Positions 37,448 through 45,510 of a stretch of 45,510 bases of DNA are shown here, one piece after another. The position numbers and the translations under genes were made by a program. How positions within the stretch are numbered: the first letter of the stretch is position 1; every line of letters starts with the position of its first letter. The notes below the pieces were generated by a model that saw nothing but the letters and a program-made list of their open reading frames with translations, was not told the origin of the DNA and searched no databases. The DNA is taken from the IMG/VR virus record IMGVR_UViG_3300037722_000182, positions 1 through 45,510 of that record; one strand, given 5' to 3'. Origin of the DNA: a virus (taxonomy: Duplodnaviria > Caudoviricetes).

Positions 37448-37795
37448 ATGAAAGGTATAAGCATTGATGGATGGAAAAGATTCGTTGAACTAAAGACACA
37501 CCTTGCATCTGTAAGAGGCGAGGGAAGTGTTACAATGTCCGACCTTTGCTGTAAATGTGGACAGCCTCCGCCTTTTGATATCCGTTACCATGTTGGAAGT
37601 TACGATGATACCGCCAGCGGCATACCTGGGCAGAGATGCGCTTTTCCCGACATTAACCCGCAAGATGGAGAACACCTACATATTTATTGCAAGTGCGGTT
37701 ATGATTGGTGTACCGATGTGCGGGACAAGTACAAACCTATATTAGATGAACCTGCCGATGATGTTGTTTACCCTGAAAAATTAGAGGACGAATAA
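37448..37795 (+). CDS. Zinc-ribbon-like hypothetical protein
   Basis: CCKCG...EHLHIYCKCGYDW. Confidence 0.65.
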   Translation: MKGISIDGWKRFVELKTHLASVRGEGSVTMSDLCCKCGQPPPFDIRYHVGSYDDTASGIPGQRCAFPDINPQDGEHLHIYCKCGYDWCTDVRDKYKPILDEPADDVVYPEKLEDE

Positions 37796-39783
37796 TGAAC
37801 GTAACTAACGCCGACATTTTCATTGACTTCGAGACACGCAGCAAACTTCCGTTAGGGGGCAAGAGCGGGGTAGGTGCTTGGCGTTACTCGCTCGATCCAA
37901 GTACAAAGGTTCTGTGTCTTTCCTATGCGTTCGGGAACGATGAACCAAGCATATGGATAGAGGGTCAGCCGCCTCCTCGTCCACTTATGGCGGCTATTGA
38001 ATCAGGTAAGAAGGTGCATGGCTGGAACTCAATGTCGTTTGAGCGAGCTATCTTTCACAACATATGTGTACCTAGACTTGGTTGGGTTGAGCCTCACCCG
38101 GAACAGTATCGCGACACGATGCTAGACGCTTTAACTCTTGCGTTACCAGCTAAACTGGAAGACTGTTGCAAGGCGTTAGGTACGTATGAACAGAAGATGG
38201 ATGCAGGTAAGAAGCTTATAGACTTACTTTGTAAACCCATATCTACAGGAAAAAAGAAAGGTCAGTTTAGAGAAAGGGAAGAACACGTAAAAGAGTATGC
38301 TGAGTTGTACACCTACGGCAAGCAGGACGTCAGAACTGAGAGGGGGGTTTTTAAAAAGCTACCGTACACATTGACAGGAAAAGAAAGAGAATTTTGTTTG
38401 TTAATAATGCGGATGAATGAAAGGGGTCTGCCGATAGACATAGGATTAGTAGAAGCTATCATTGAAGGGTTAGAGGCTGAATCAGTTAGACTTTGCGAGC
38501 AGTTTAGCTCTTTAACAGGGATAGACAAGCCAACTAAACGAGCGCAGTTTAAGGCATGGTTACTTTCTCAAGGTATCGAACTTCCAGATATGCAAGCTAC
38601 TACCTTAGAGGAGTTAGACTTCAGCAAGTTTACACCATTAGTAAGAGAAGCTATGAACTGTTACAAAGATGGTAACAATGCTTCGACTGCTAAGTTTGCC
38701 AAGATAAAAGAAATGCTATGTCCTGATGGAACAGTTAAAAATAATCTAATTTTCAACAAGGCAAGTACGGGAAGGTTAGCGGGGGCGGGGTTCCAAGCAC
38801 AGAACTTACCTAAATCTAAAGCTAAGAATCCACAGTTTATAAAAGGTTGTTTCGTTGATCGGGACTACCTCTTCCTTCAGTTGTATTGCGGTATTCAGAA
38901 CGCCGCTAAGATGATGATTCGTCCCATAATAAAAGCTCCTGCGGGGATGAAGCTTATGGGTGGTGATTTGAAGCAGATAGAAGCAAGAGGCGCACCTTGG
39001 ATTTGTGGTGAATGGGATTTGCTTGACAACTTTCGAAAGAACATAGACCTGTACAAAGCAACTGCCGCTCGAATGTACAACTCTATAGTTGATATGATAG
39101 ACAAAGAGGAGAGGCAACTTGGTAAGGTAGCTGTTTTGCTTGGTCAATTCGGTGGAGGATACCGAGCAGTACTGCGAGGATGCAAGAAACACAAGTTGGA
39201 AATGTCGGACATTGCCGCTAAGAGGCTTATAACTGCATTTAGGAAAAGTCGTCCAAAGCTTACTGCTATGTGGGAAAACTTCGGAGAAGCGGCTATGACT
39301 GCTTGCGAGGAAGGTGGAAGGGTATATGTACAAGATACCCGAAATCTAGTATACTTTGAAAGGGAAGGCCTGTTCTTGTTTATGTACTTGCCAAGTGGTA
39401 GGCGGTTAAGCTTCTACTCTCCTGAAGTTAGGGAAGAACCTTTCTTTGGTAGGATGCAAGAAAACGTAACTGCTATGTGGGTGGACAATACTCCAGGAGG
39501 TAATCATAAGTGGGCAAGGAGAGTTGTAACTGGACCGAGTTTCTTTCAGTCTGCTGTGCAAGCTTCTTGCAGAGACATACTTTTCGAAGGTCACATGGAA
39601 GTAGAGAGAAGAGGCTACCCGTTAATACTCTCAGTACACGATGAAGGTATAAGCTTAGTTCCTGATGACCCCGCTTACAACCTGAGAGATTATGAAGAGG
39701 CTATGACTATGCCTAATGATTGGTGCCCTGAAATGCCTATAGGTTCCGATTGTTGGGAAGCGTACCACTACGATAAGAAGTAA
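37795..39783 (+). CDS. Family A DNA polymerase with 3'-5' exonuclease (APSE-like)
   Basis: IDFET, STGRLAG..QNLP, DLKQIEAR, RQLGK, SVHDE. Confidence 0.95.
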   Translation: MNVTNADIFIDFETRSKLPLGGKSGVGAWRYSLDPSTKVLCLSYAFGNDEPSIWIEGQPPPRPLMAAIESGKKVHGWNSMSFERAIFHNICVPRLGWVEPHPEQYRDTMLDALTLALPAKLEDCCKALGTYEQKMDAGKKLIDLLCKPISTGKKKGQFREREEHVKEYAELYTYGKQDVRTERGVFKKLPYTLTGKEREFCLLIMRMNERGLPIDIGLVEAIIEGLEAESVRLCEQFSSLTGIDKPTKRAQFKAWLLSQGIELPDMQATTLEELDFSKFTPLVREAMNCYKDGNNASTAKFAKIKEMLCPDGTVKNNLIFNKASTGRLAGAGFQAQNLPKSKAKNPQFIKGCFVDRDYLFLQLYCGIQNAAKMMIRPIIKAPAGMKLMGGDLKQIEARGAPWICGEWDLLDNFRKNIDLYKATAARMYNSIVDMIDKEERQLGKVAVLLGQFGGGYRAVLRGCKKHKLEMSDIAAKRLITAFRKSRPKLTAMWENFGEAAMTACEEGGRVYVQDTRNLVYFEREGLFLFMYLPSGRRLSFYSPEVREEPFFGRMQENVTAMWVDNTPGGNHKWARRVVTGPSFFQSAVQASCRDILFEGHMEVERRGYPLILSVHDEGISLVPDDPAYNLRDYEEAMTMPNDWCPEMPIGSDCWEAYHYDKK

Positions 39784-39811
39784 CTAACACGTTAGTTAAG
39801 GAGGCGGTAAG

Positions 39812-40033
39812 ATGAAAAAAGAAAGATTTAAATTTATGGTTGAAAGGTATAAGTGGTTAGGTAAACACGCTTACGAACCCTACCGAGCTACCACCTTGGC
39901 CGCAAAAAGCTTCACAGTATCAGGAAAGCTCGGTTGGTTACATTACCGAGTAGAGGAACTTCGCTTGATGCGGGAAGCGCAAATGGAAGAGTTGGATTTA
40001 GCAAGGAGGAAACAATGTTCCGTAACAGAATAG
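39812..40033 (+). CDS. Hypothetical protein
   Basis: AAGGAGG RBS, 73 aa. Confidence 0.6.
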   Translation: MKKERFKFMVERYKWLGKHAYEPYRATTLAAKSFTVSGKLGWLHYRVEELRLMREAQMEELDLARRKQCSVTE

Positions 40034-40419
40034 TTGTACACAAGACTACAGAGAACAGGAACGGAAGGAAGCTTCTTGAGAAGGACATTGAAGCCTATCT
40101 TGTTAGAGAATGTAAGAGGCGGGGTTGGATGTGCGAGAAGTTTCAAAGCCCGCAAAAGTCTTCCGTCCCCGATAGGTTGTGTGGTATTGAAAAAAGCTCA
40201 CATTTTCCTCTAGGGTTTATCTTCTTTGTGGAGTTGAAAGCTCCGGGTAAGAAACCTACCGATAAGCAGAAAGACGACCACGAGGAACGAAGGGACAAAG
40301 GACATTTAGTATTCGTTTGCGATAGCTACGAAGAGGTAGATTTAGCTATTGAAATTGCTCTGTACATCTACTGCCAGTCCGGTTATCCGGTTGCCTTGCC
40401 CTACTGCTTACTGACATGA
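40015..40419 (+). CDS. VRR-NUC nuclease
   Basis: Start 40015 (AGGAGG); LEKDIE, VPDR, FVELKAPGKKPT..Q. Confidence 0.88.
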   Translation: MFRNRIVVHKTTENRNGRKLLEKDIEAYLVRECKRRGWMCEKFQSPQKSSVPDRLCGIEKSSHFPLGFIFFVELKAPGKKPTDKQKDDHEERRDKGHLVFVCDSYEEVDLAIEIALYIYCQSGYPVALPYCLLT

Positions 40420-41771
40420 AATATACTCCGCTATCTTGTCAAGCTGAAGGGACTAAGTTCATATTGAAGAACACACATTGCGGAGTTTTAATAACAATGG
40501 GAGTAGGTAAGACCGTATCAGCTTTAACGGCTATCGAGGAGCTACTGTTTAACTACGTGTTAGTTAAGCGTGTGTTGGTAGTAGCTCCTAAAAGAGTAAC
40601 CTTGATAACGTGGCCTGATGAGATAGGCAAATGGAGGCATACAAAGAACCTTACCTATACCGTTTTACATGGGGATGAGAAGCTATACCGACTGAAGCAC
40701 GAAGCTTCAAAGGTAGACATAACCTTGATAAACTATGAAGGGTTACAATGGTTGTGGAATAACAAGGATATAATGCCAAACTTCGATATGTTGGTGTTAG
40801 ATGAATCTACCTACATAAAGAACCCATCTTCTAATAGAACAAAGCTCGTCCACAAGTTGTCAAGGTTCGTAAAGAGAGTTGTGATATTGACAGGTACGCC
40901 AAAGCCAAATGGTGAAGCTAACCTTTGGAGTCAGGTATATGTGCTGGATAGAGGCGATAGGTTAGGAAGGGGGATAACTAAGTTCCGTGAACAGTACATG
41001 CTTCAAAAAGCTGAGAGGGTATGGGTTCCCAAGTCAGGAGCAAGGAAGGAGATACTCGACAAGATAAAACACTTGGTTCTTGTTGTGGAAGATACGAGCG
41101 GAGTCGGTTTACCTGATGTGAAGGATAACATAGTATCAGTTATTCTACCTGCACCCGTGCAGAAGCTATACCGTAAAGCTTGCAACGATCTACTGTTTGA
41201 GATTGACGGAGAGAAGGTAATAATTAATAACCCGCAATCACTAACTCAGAAGTTGAGACAAATAGCATCAGGCTTCTTGTATACTGATAGCGGAGTTGTA
41301 AAGATACATGACGAAAAACTTAAAGCTCTGGATGAACTGATAGAAGGTATATCAGGTAACGTTCTTGTAGGGATAAACTTCAAGCAGGACATAACTCTCA
41401 TCCGAGAGCATCTAGGCTACGAGGTTCCTGCTTTGTATTCAGGTACGAGTGACGGTCAAAGTAACAAGTGGATACGTAGCTGGATGGAAGGTAAGATACC
41501 TGTTATGCTCGTACACCCGGCGGCTATGAGTCACGGTCTGAACTTGCAGGGCGGAGGAAAGGATATTGTATGGTACTCTTTAACCTGGGATTTAGAGTAT
41601 TACCTTCAACTTATAGCGAGACTGAGAAGAAGGGGAAGCAAGTATGCTTGTATAATAAACCACATAATACTAGCAACAGGTACATTGGACGAATGGCTTT
41701 TAAAGTCGCTGAGTAGTAAGGGAAAGATTCAAGAGGAAGCAATAGAATATCTAAGGAGGAGTAAAAAATGA
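40416..41771 (+). CDS. SNF2-like DEAD/H helicase
   Basis: MGVGKT, LDEST, LTGTP, HGLNLQ, Q...R..RRG. Confidence 0.92.
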   Translation: MKYTPLSCQAEGTKFILKNTHCGVLITMGVGKTVSALTAIEELLFNYVLVKRVLVVAPKRVTLITWPDEIGKWRHTKNLTYTVLHGDEKLYRLKHEASKVDITLINYEGLQWLWNNKDIMPNFDMLVLDESTYIKNPSSNRTKLVHKLSRFVKRVVILTGTPKPNGEANLWSQVYVLDRGDRLGRGITKFREQYMLQKAERVWVPKSGARKEILDKIKHLVLVVEDTSGVGLPDVKDNIVSVILPAPVQKLYRKACNDLLFEIDGEKVIINNPQSLTQKLRQIASGFLYTDSGVVKIHDEKLKALDELIEGISGNVLVGINFKQDITLIREHLGYEVPALYSGTSDGQSNKWIRSWMEGKIPVMLVHPAAMSHGLNLQGGGKDIVWYSLTWDLEYYLQLIARLRRRGSKYACIINHIILATGTLDEWLLKSLSSKGKIQEEAIEYLRRSKK

Positions 41772-42013
41772 AGGTATCGGACCTATCAGTGTTAGTAAGA
41801 AGGGCAAGAGAAAAGAGGTCACAGTCGGCTTGTGTGGCTGCTGTGCTGGTAGCATACGCCGAACACTTCAAGGGTATGTCTCCTTTGGAAGTATGTGCTA
41901 CTCTTGAAATAGCTGATACGTACAAAGACCATGTGCGTATGTTGCTGCAAGTCCCAACAGAGCTGGAAGCTATTGGGTTCAAGGTAACTAACGTGTTAGT
42001 TAAGGAGGGCTAG
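41768..42013 (+). CDS. Hypothetical protein
   Basis: ATGA coupling, AGGAGG RBS. Confidence 0.6.
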   Translation: MKVSDLSVLVRRAREKRSQSACVAAVLVAYAEHFKGMSPLEVCATLEIADTYKDHVRMLLQVPTELEAIGFKVTNVLVKEG

Positions 42014-42014
42014 C

Positions 42015-42227
42015 ATGTGCAAAAAGCCACAATGGAGAGTGGAGTATCTAGTAGGATTTGGAGCTATGACTATTAACGTGGAAGAGGAATTTTACTTCGC
42101 ATGGACGAAGTTTGGTGCCTGGGTTGCTTTTCGTAGACACCACGGTAAGAACTTACCAAATAGTTATCAAGTTAACTATTCATACGCTATTATGCGGGGC
42201 GATATTACCAGAGTTAAGGAGGGGTAA
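42015..42227 (+). CDS. Hypothetical protein
   Basis: AAGGAGG RBS; abuts its neighbours. Confidence 0.6.
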   Translation: MCKKPQWRVEYLVGFGAMTINVEEEFYFAWTKFGAWVAFRRHHGKNLPNSYQVNYSYAIMRGDITRVKEG

Positions 42228-42569
42228 ATGGCTAACGGCAAACGCTTCTTCCCTTTATGTGTACTGGCTACCTGTGCTTTCTGCGGGGAGAAGCTATACT
42301 TCGAAGCGGCTAACTACGCCGATGCCGACAGAACGCAGTACTGCTGTCCACAACATAAGAAGGATAGGCAACGAGCCGTTAGGCGTGGAGAGATGAAAGC
42401 TATCGTAGATGAAACCATCCTTGTAAGAAAACGCGTGAAAGCTCTTGAGCATTACTACCGGCAGAAGCAAATAGAAAAGGAAGAAAACTTAGGTGAAGAC
42501 GTTGGAAGTAAAAAGCTATCTTCCATTCCTTCACCTACTGATTATGAAAACAAACTATGGGGGAGATAG
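42228..42569 (+). CDS. Zinc-binding hypothetical protein
   Basis: CAFCG...YCCPQH. Confidence 0.6.
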   Translation: MANGKRFFPLCVLATCAFCGEKLYFEAANYADADRTQYCCPQHKKDRQRAVRRGEMKAIVDETILVRKRVKALEHYYRQKQIEKEENLGEDVGSKKLSSIPSPTDYENKLWGR

Positions 42570-42715
42570 TGGACGTACTGAAAAAACTATTAGGAGGAAC
42601 ACCCACTAAAGAAAAGAAACCCGATGAAGTTATTAAGAAGCCAACTGATGACCTTTGGAAAGAGCGTAAGTGGGAGTTGGTTAGAGAGAAAATAAAATCA
42701 ATTATAAAAGGATAG
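42569..42715 (+). CDS. Small basic protein (48 aa, GTG start)
   Basis: TAGTG coupling; GGGGAG RBS. Confidence 0.45.
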   Translation: MDVLKKLLGGTPTKEKKPDEVIKKPTDDLWKERKWELVREKIKSIIKG

Positions 42716-42721
42716 AGTAAT

Positions 42722-42749
42722 ACCCGTAACTAACTTGTTAGTTACGGGT
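42722..42749. terminator. Extended palindrome at the convergence of the two arms
   Basis: ACCCGTAACTAAC-TT-GTTAGTTACGGGT; no U-tract. Confidence 0.5.
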
Positions 42750-42756
42750 GTTCCCA

Positions 42757-43041
42757 TTACTTCTCTTTCTCAGGCTGTTGTAGGTTGTAGACCTTATTTT
42801 CGTTTGCCATACGTTCGAGATTTAACACCCTATCCTTAAGTCCAGATACTTCAGCACTTATCGTCTGTACTCGGTAAGTACTAAGAGCTACTTCAGCTTT
42901 CATAGATACAAGGATATTCAGATTTATAACTAACAAAGCTACTGCCACCCCTGATAGCAGCATAAGAATGTTGGTCTTAATATCAAGACCTGAATGAGCG
43001 GTACATATGTGGTGTGGTGAATCCGGTTGCTTCTTATCCAT
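42757..43041 (-). CDS. Single-TM coiled-coil protein, possible holin/lysis accessory
   Basis: ILMLLSGVAVALLVINLNILV plus a heptad tail; last late gene. Confidence 0.5.
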   Translation of the reverse strand: MDKKQPDSPHHICTAHSGLDIKTNILMLLSGVAVALLVINLNILVSMKAEVALSTYRVQTISAEVSGLKDRVLNLERMANENKVYNLQQPEKEK

Positions 43042-43316
43042 TACTCCCCCTTATCTAAAGCAGCCGACACATCTTTACGTGTAGTGGCTCTATTAAAGTA
43101 CATATTCGCAACTACCATAATTACTGTGACCACTATGGTAATATAGAACAGTACTAGGTCGGAGATAAAGAAGTCAGGGCTTTGTGAGCGCACAGTAGCG
43201 ACCAAAGAGACAAGACCCATAAAGACCTTATTCGCTATCTCGATTATCGCTTTCCACTTCGCAGGGTCGCTTAGTTGGTTCCCCACTTTTACGGCGTTTA
43301 CTAAATCCTTTAACAT
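43041..43316 (-). CDS. Holin-like two-TM protein
   Basis: Two hydrophobic segments and a charged C-terminus. Confidence 0.55.
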   Translation of the reverse strand: MLKDLVNAVKVGNQLSDPAKWKAIIEIANKVFMGLVSLVATVRSQSPDFFISDLVLFYITIVVTVIMVVANMYFNRATTRKDVSAALDKGE

Positions 43317-43440
43317 AGCGTTTCTCCTTAAAGAACTTTTTTATCTCTTCAAAACTGAAGGTTAATATAATCCCCTTCAAGTTTCCCATTAAGCTGATTT
43401 TCATTTCAGTACCCTATTGTTTCCTCAACTAACACGTTAG

Positions 43441-45383
43441 TTAGAAAGCTACACCGTTGAAAGAGGCTCCACTAGCTCTTACCCCAAAATCATATACCGG
43501 AGTAGGAGGTAAGTAATCTTTGATTACTATATCATCTATAACCAGACTACTTACTCCTGTGTTATTTGGTGACTGAAAGTAAATACTACCTTCGCTTACA
43601 CCAAGTGTACGGGACACTGCGAATTTTACTGTTTTGCCTCCCGGAGGTATAGTGAAGTTCATATCTCCTTGGTCTACCGTCCATACCTTAAAGTTATTGG
43701 TGGCATTTCGTATATTAGCTATTACTACAAAAGTTCCTTCACTTCCTATGTAAGGTAACGCTCTATATATATGGGCCGCAGTATTCTGATCTGAGTTCAG
43801 GCTTACTCCTCCCGTATCTAAAGATATATGATTAGGAGTGTAGGTACTCCAATCCGTAAGACCTCCTGAAAAATCCCCATTCGTAAAAAGGTTAGCACCT
43901 TCCCAATCAGTAGGTTCAGGTATATCTCGACAAGCTCCTTCATAATAATCATAACTCCACACAGTCCCACAATCCGATTCGTTACATACGGTGAACGATT
44001 CAGTGCAAGCTAAGGTATCTTCAGTAAAAGTAGCTGTAGCTGTTCTATTAGAAGATAAGTTTATAGAGCAGTTGTTAGCGTCTACGGAGTCACAGCCTGA
44101 CCAAGCGGTAAAGGTTGAATTACTGTCAGGTGTAGCTGTTAAGGTTACGTTAGTAAATTCGTTAAAGGTTGTAGCACAGGTTCCTCCACAACTTATACCC
44201 GCAGGGGTAGATGTAACTGTGCCGCTTCCTGTTCCGTCTTTAACTACCGTTAGGTCTATTTGTGGAGCGGCTACGTTGACAACCACGTTATACTCTACTC
44301 CTACGTCTTGGCATTTAACGGCATACAACTGGCTATACCCATCAGTTAATCCTGTTAAAGGCTTAGTATGTGTTGTTCCTCCTGTTGTAGTAAAGTTGGT
44401 CATACTACTATAAGCTACTCCACTGGTGTTAGCATACCTACAAGTTGCGTTAATATCCGTAGTAACACTTAAAGTAGTTGAAGTTGTTCCCGGGGGCAAG
44501 GTTGTTGTAGGCGAATGTCCCGTTATGTACACTGTGGGGTCAGATACACTCGTGCCAAATGTAATTAGTTTACCGGGGGATGCTTCCCCGGCTGAGTTGA
44601 CAACAAACAGATAGGCCGACTCTCCTGCTGCGAACTGTCCTTGGTTTACAGTCGCTTGAATAGATGACGTACCCCACACGGTAGGTGTGAGTATCGTCAT
44701 TTTTGTACAGGACATATAGTCTGACGAATTACCAATCTCAACTCTAGCCTGTGCATTTTGACCTTCGGCTACATATATATCATCTATTACTACTTGTGCA
44801 GGAGGACCACCAGTACGCCCATATCCAGGTATAGTAATTCGTGTCCAGTAATCTCCAGGCCCCAGAGTATTTCCAACCTTATTATGCTTCAATTTGATAC
44901 CAGTGGACAACATCTCCCACAATTTAACCTTACCTTGAGTAGGATCTTCTGAACCTTTTATATAGTGAGAGGACCTGAGCCAGTTCCCTTTTGCATAAGA
45001 AAGTTCACCAATCCACCCACATCCACTGGTTCTTCCTGTCGCACAAGAATTACCGGATAGATTTGCCCCATGGTAATCATCCGGCTTTGCAGCATCCCCT
45101 AAAAAACCCGGCCACATATAATCACTTCCAGTTAAACCACTACAATTACTAGCTTCGCAAAGCCATAACTTTTTAAAGTTTATCTGTGCGTCCATCCCCT
45201 CCCCAGGTTTTCCCACCCCTAATGGGTGCAACATCCACGAGGATACAAATAGCTCGGTGGCAGGAGGAAATATTAATGTTCGTTTGTAATGGTTATTGGT
45301 ATAGTAAATTGTATAGTCAGCAATAAACGCTTTATTTCCACTAAGCTTATATGTGCCTGTATACTTTGTAGTATCTGGTCTTT
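43441..45383 (-). CDS. 3' part of the ~729-aa secreted-type multidomain protein (lectin/lyase-like N-terminus, InlB B-repeat-like domain, CBM-like C-terminus)
   Basis: LTVVKDGTGSGTVTSTPAGISCGGTC...VTLTATPDSNSTFTAWSGC...ATATF; NLFTNGDFSGGLTDW. Confidence 0.75.
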
Positions 45384-45510
45384 CAGTCTGTGCTTCATAA
45401 CCGCCAATTTGTGCAGCATTTGGACCTTCGAGGATTTTTTCACCAATTACACCCTTCTCAAAATCATCCCACAGAATAACATGTGGTCCTCCACCGTGTC
45501 CGGTAACTGG
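45384..45510. repeat. Terminal overlap, copy of 1-127
   Basis: Identical sequence. Confidence 0.95.

Larger units (their letters stand above)
2104..43442. repeat. Dispersed palindrome AACTAAC-N1-2-GTTAGTT (27 perfect copies)
   Basis: Starts: 2104, 4488, 6155, 8300, 9497, 11355, 12784, 15798, 17410, 20784, 22826, 23400, 24271, 25354, 26930, 27894, 29039, 30397, 32217, 33168, 35135, 36483, 37230, 39782, 41986, 42728, 43427; near-copies 27412, 34778, 40551. Confidence 0.95.

Noticed and set aside
43228-43404. 58-aa minus-strand ORF overlapping the holin-like gene
   Set aside because: Poorly spaced RBS and no lipobox or other motif; unsupported
2104-43442. Palindromes as phage-RNAP promoters
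   Set aside because: Symmetric, many intragenic, no RNA polymerase gene recognised; sigma70 promoters exist separately

Overview
Apparently complete ~45,383-bp circularly assembled genome of a short-tailed (podovirus-type) bacteriophage; positions 1-127 repeat at 45384-45510. The minus-strand arm (23320 leftward, across the origin to 42757) is an epsilon15/BPP-1-like morphogenesis module: TerS, TerL, portal, scaffold, capsid, cement, tail tubes A/B, three internal virion proteins, tail fibre, two signal-peptide proteins and holin-like genes. The plus-strand arm (25464-42715) holds early and APSE-like replication genes: MoxR AAA+, vWA/metallopeptidase, primase-helicase, HTH, DUF2800 nuclease, DUF2815 SSB, family A polymerase, VRR-NUC and SNF2 helicase. 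I recognised no integrase, RNA polymerase or endolysin. The most unusual signals are non-coding: (1) the palindrome AACTAAC-N1-2-GTTAGTT in 27 perfect copies genome-wide, 10 inside genes; (2) a predicted ~150-nt sRNA whose loops are complementary to the shared RBS of several early genes and to the terS RBS; (3) a 2.1-kb control region with mirror-image promoter arms, iteron-like repeats, a TTGACAC heptamer array and a near-canonical parS site; (4) a tRNA-like RNA with enlarged D and anticodon arms. All calls are by eye; no searches were run.
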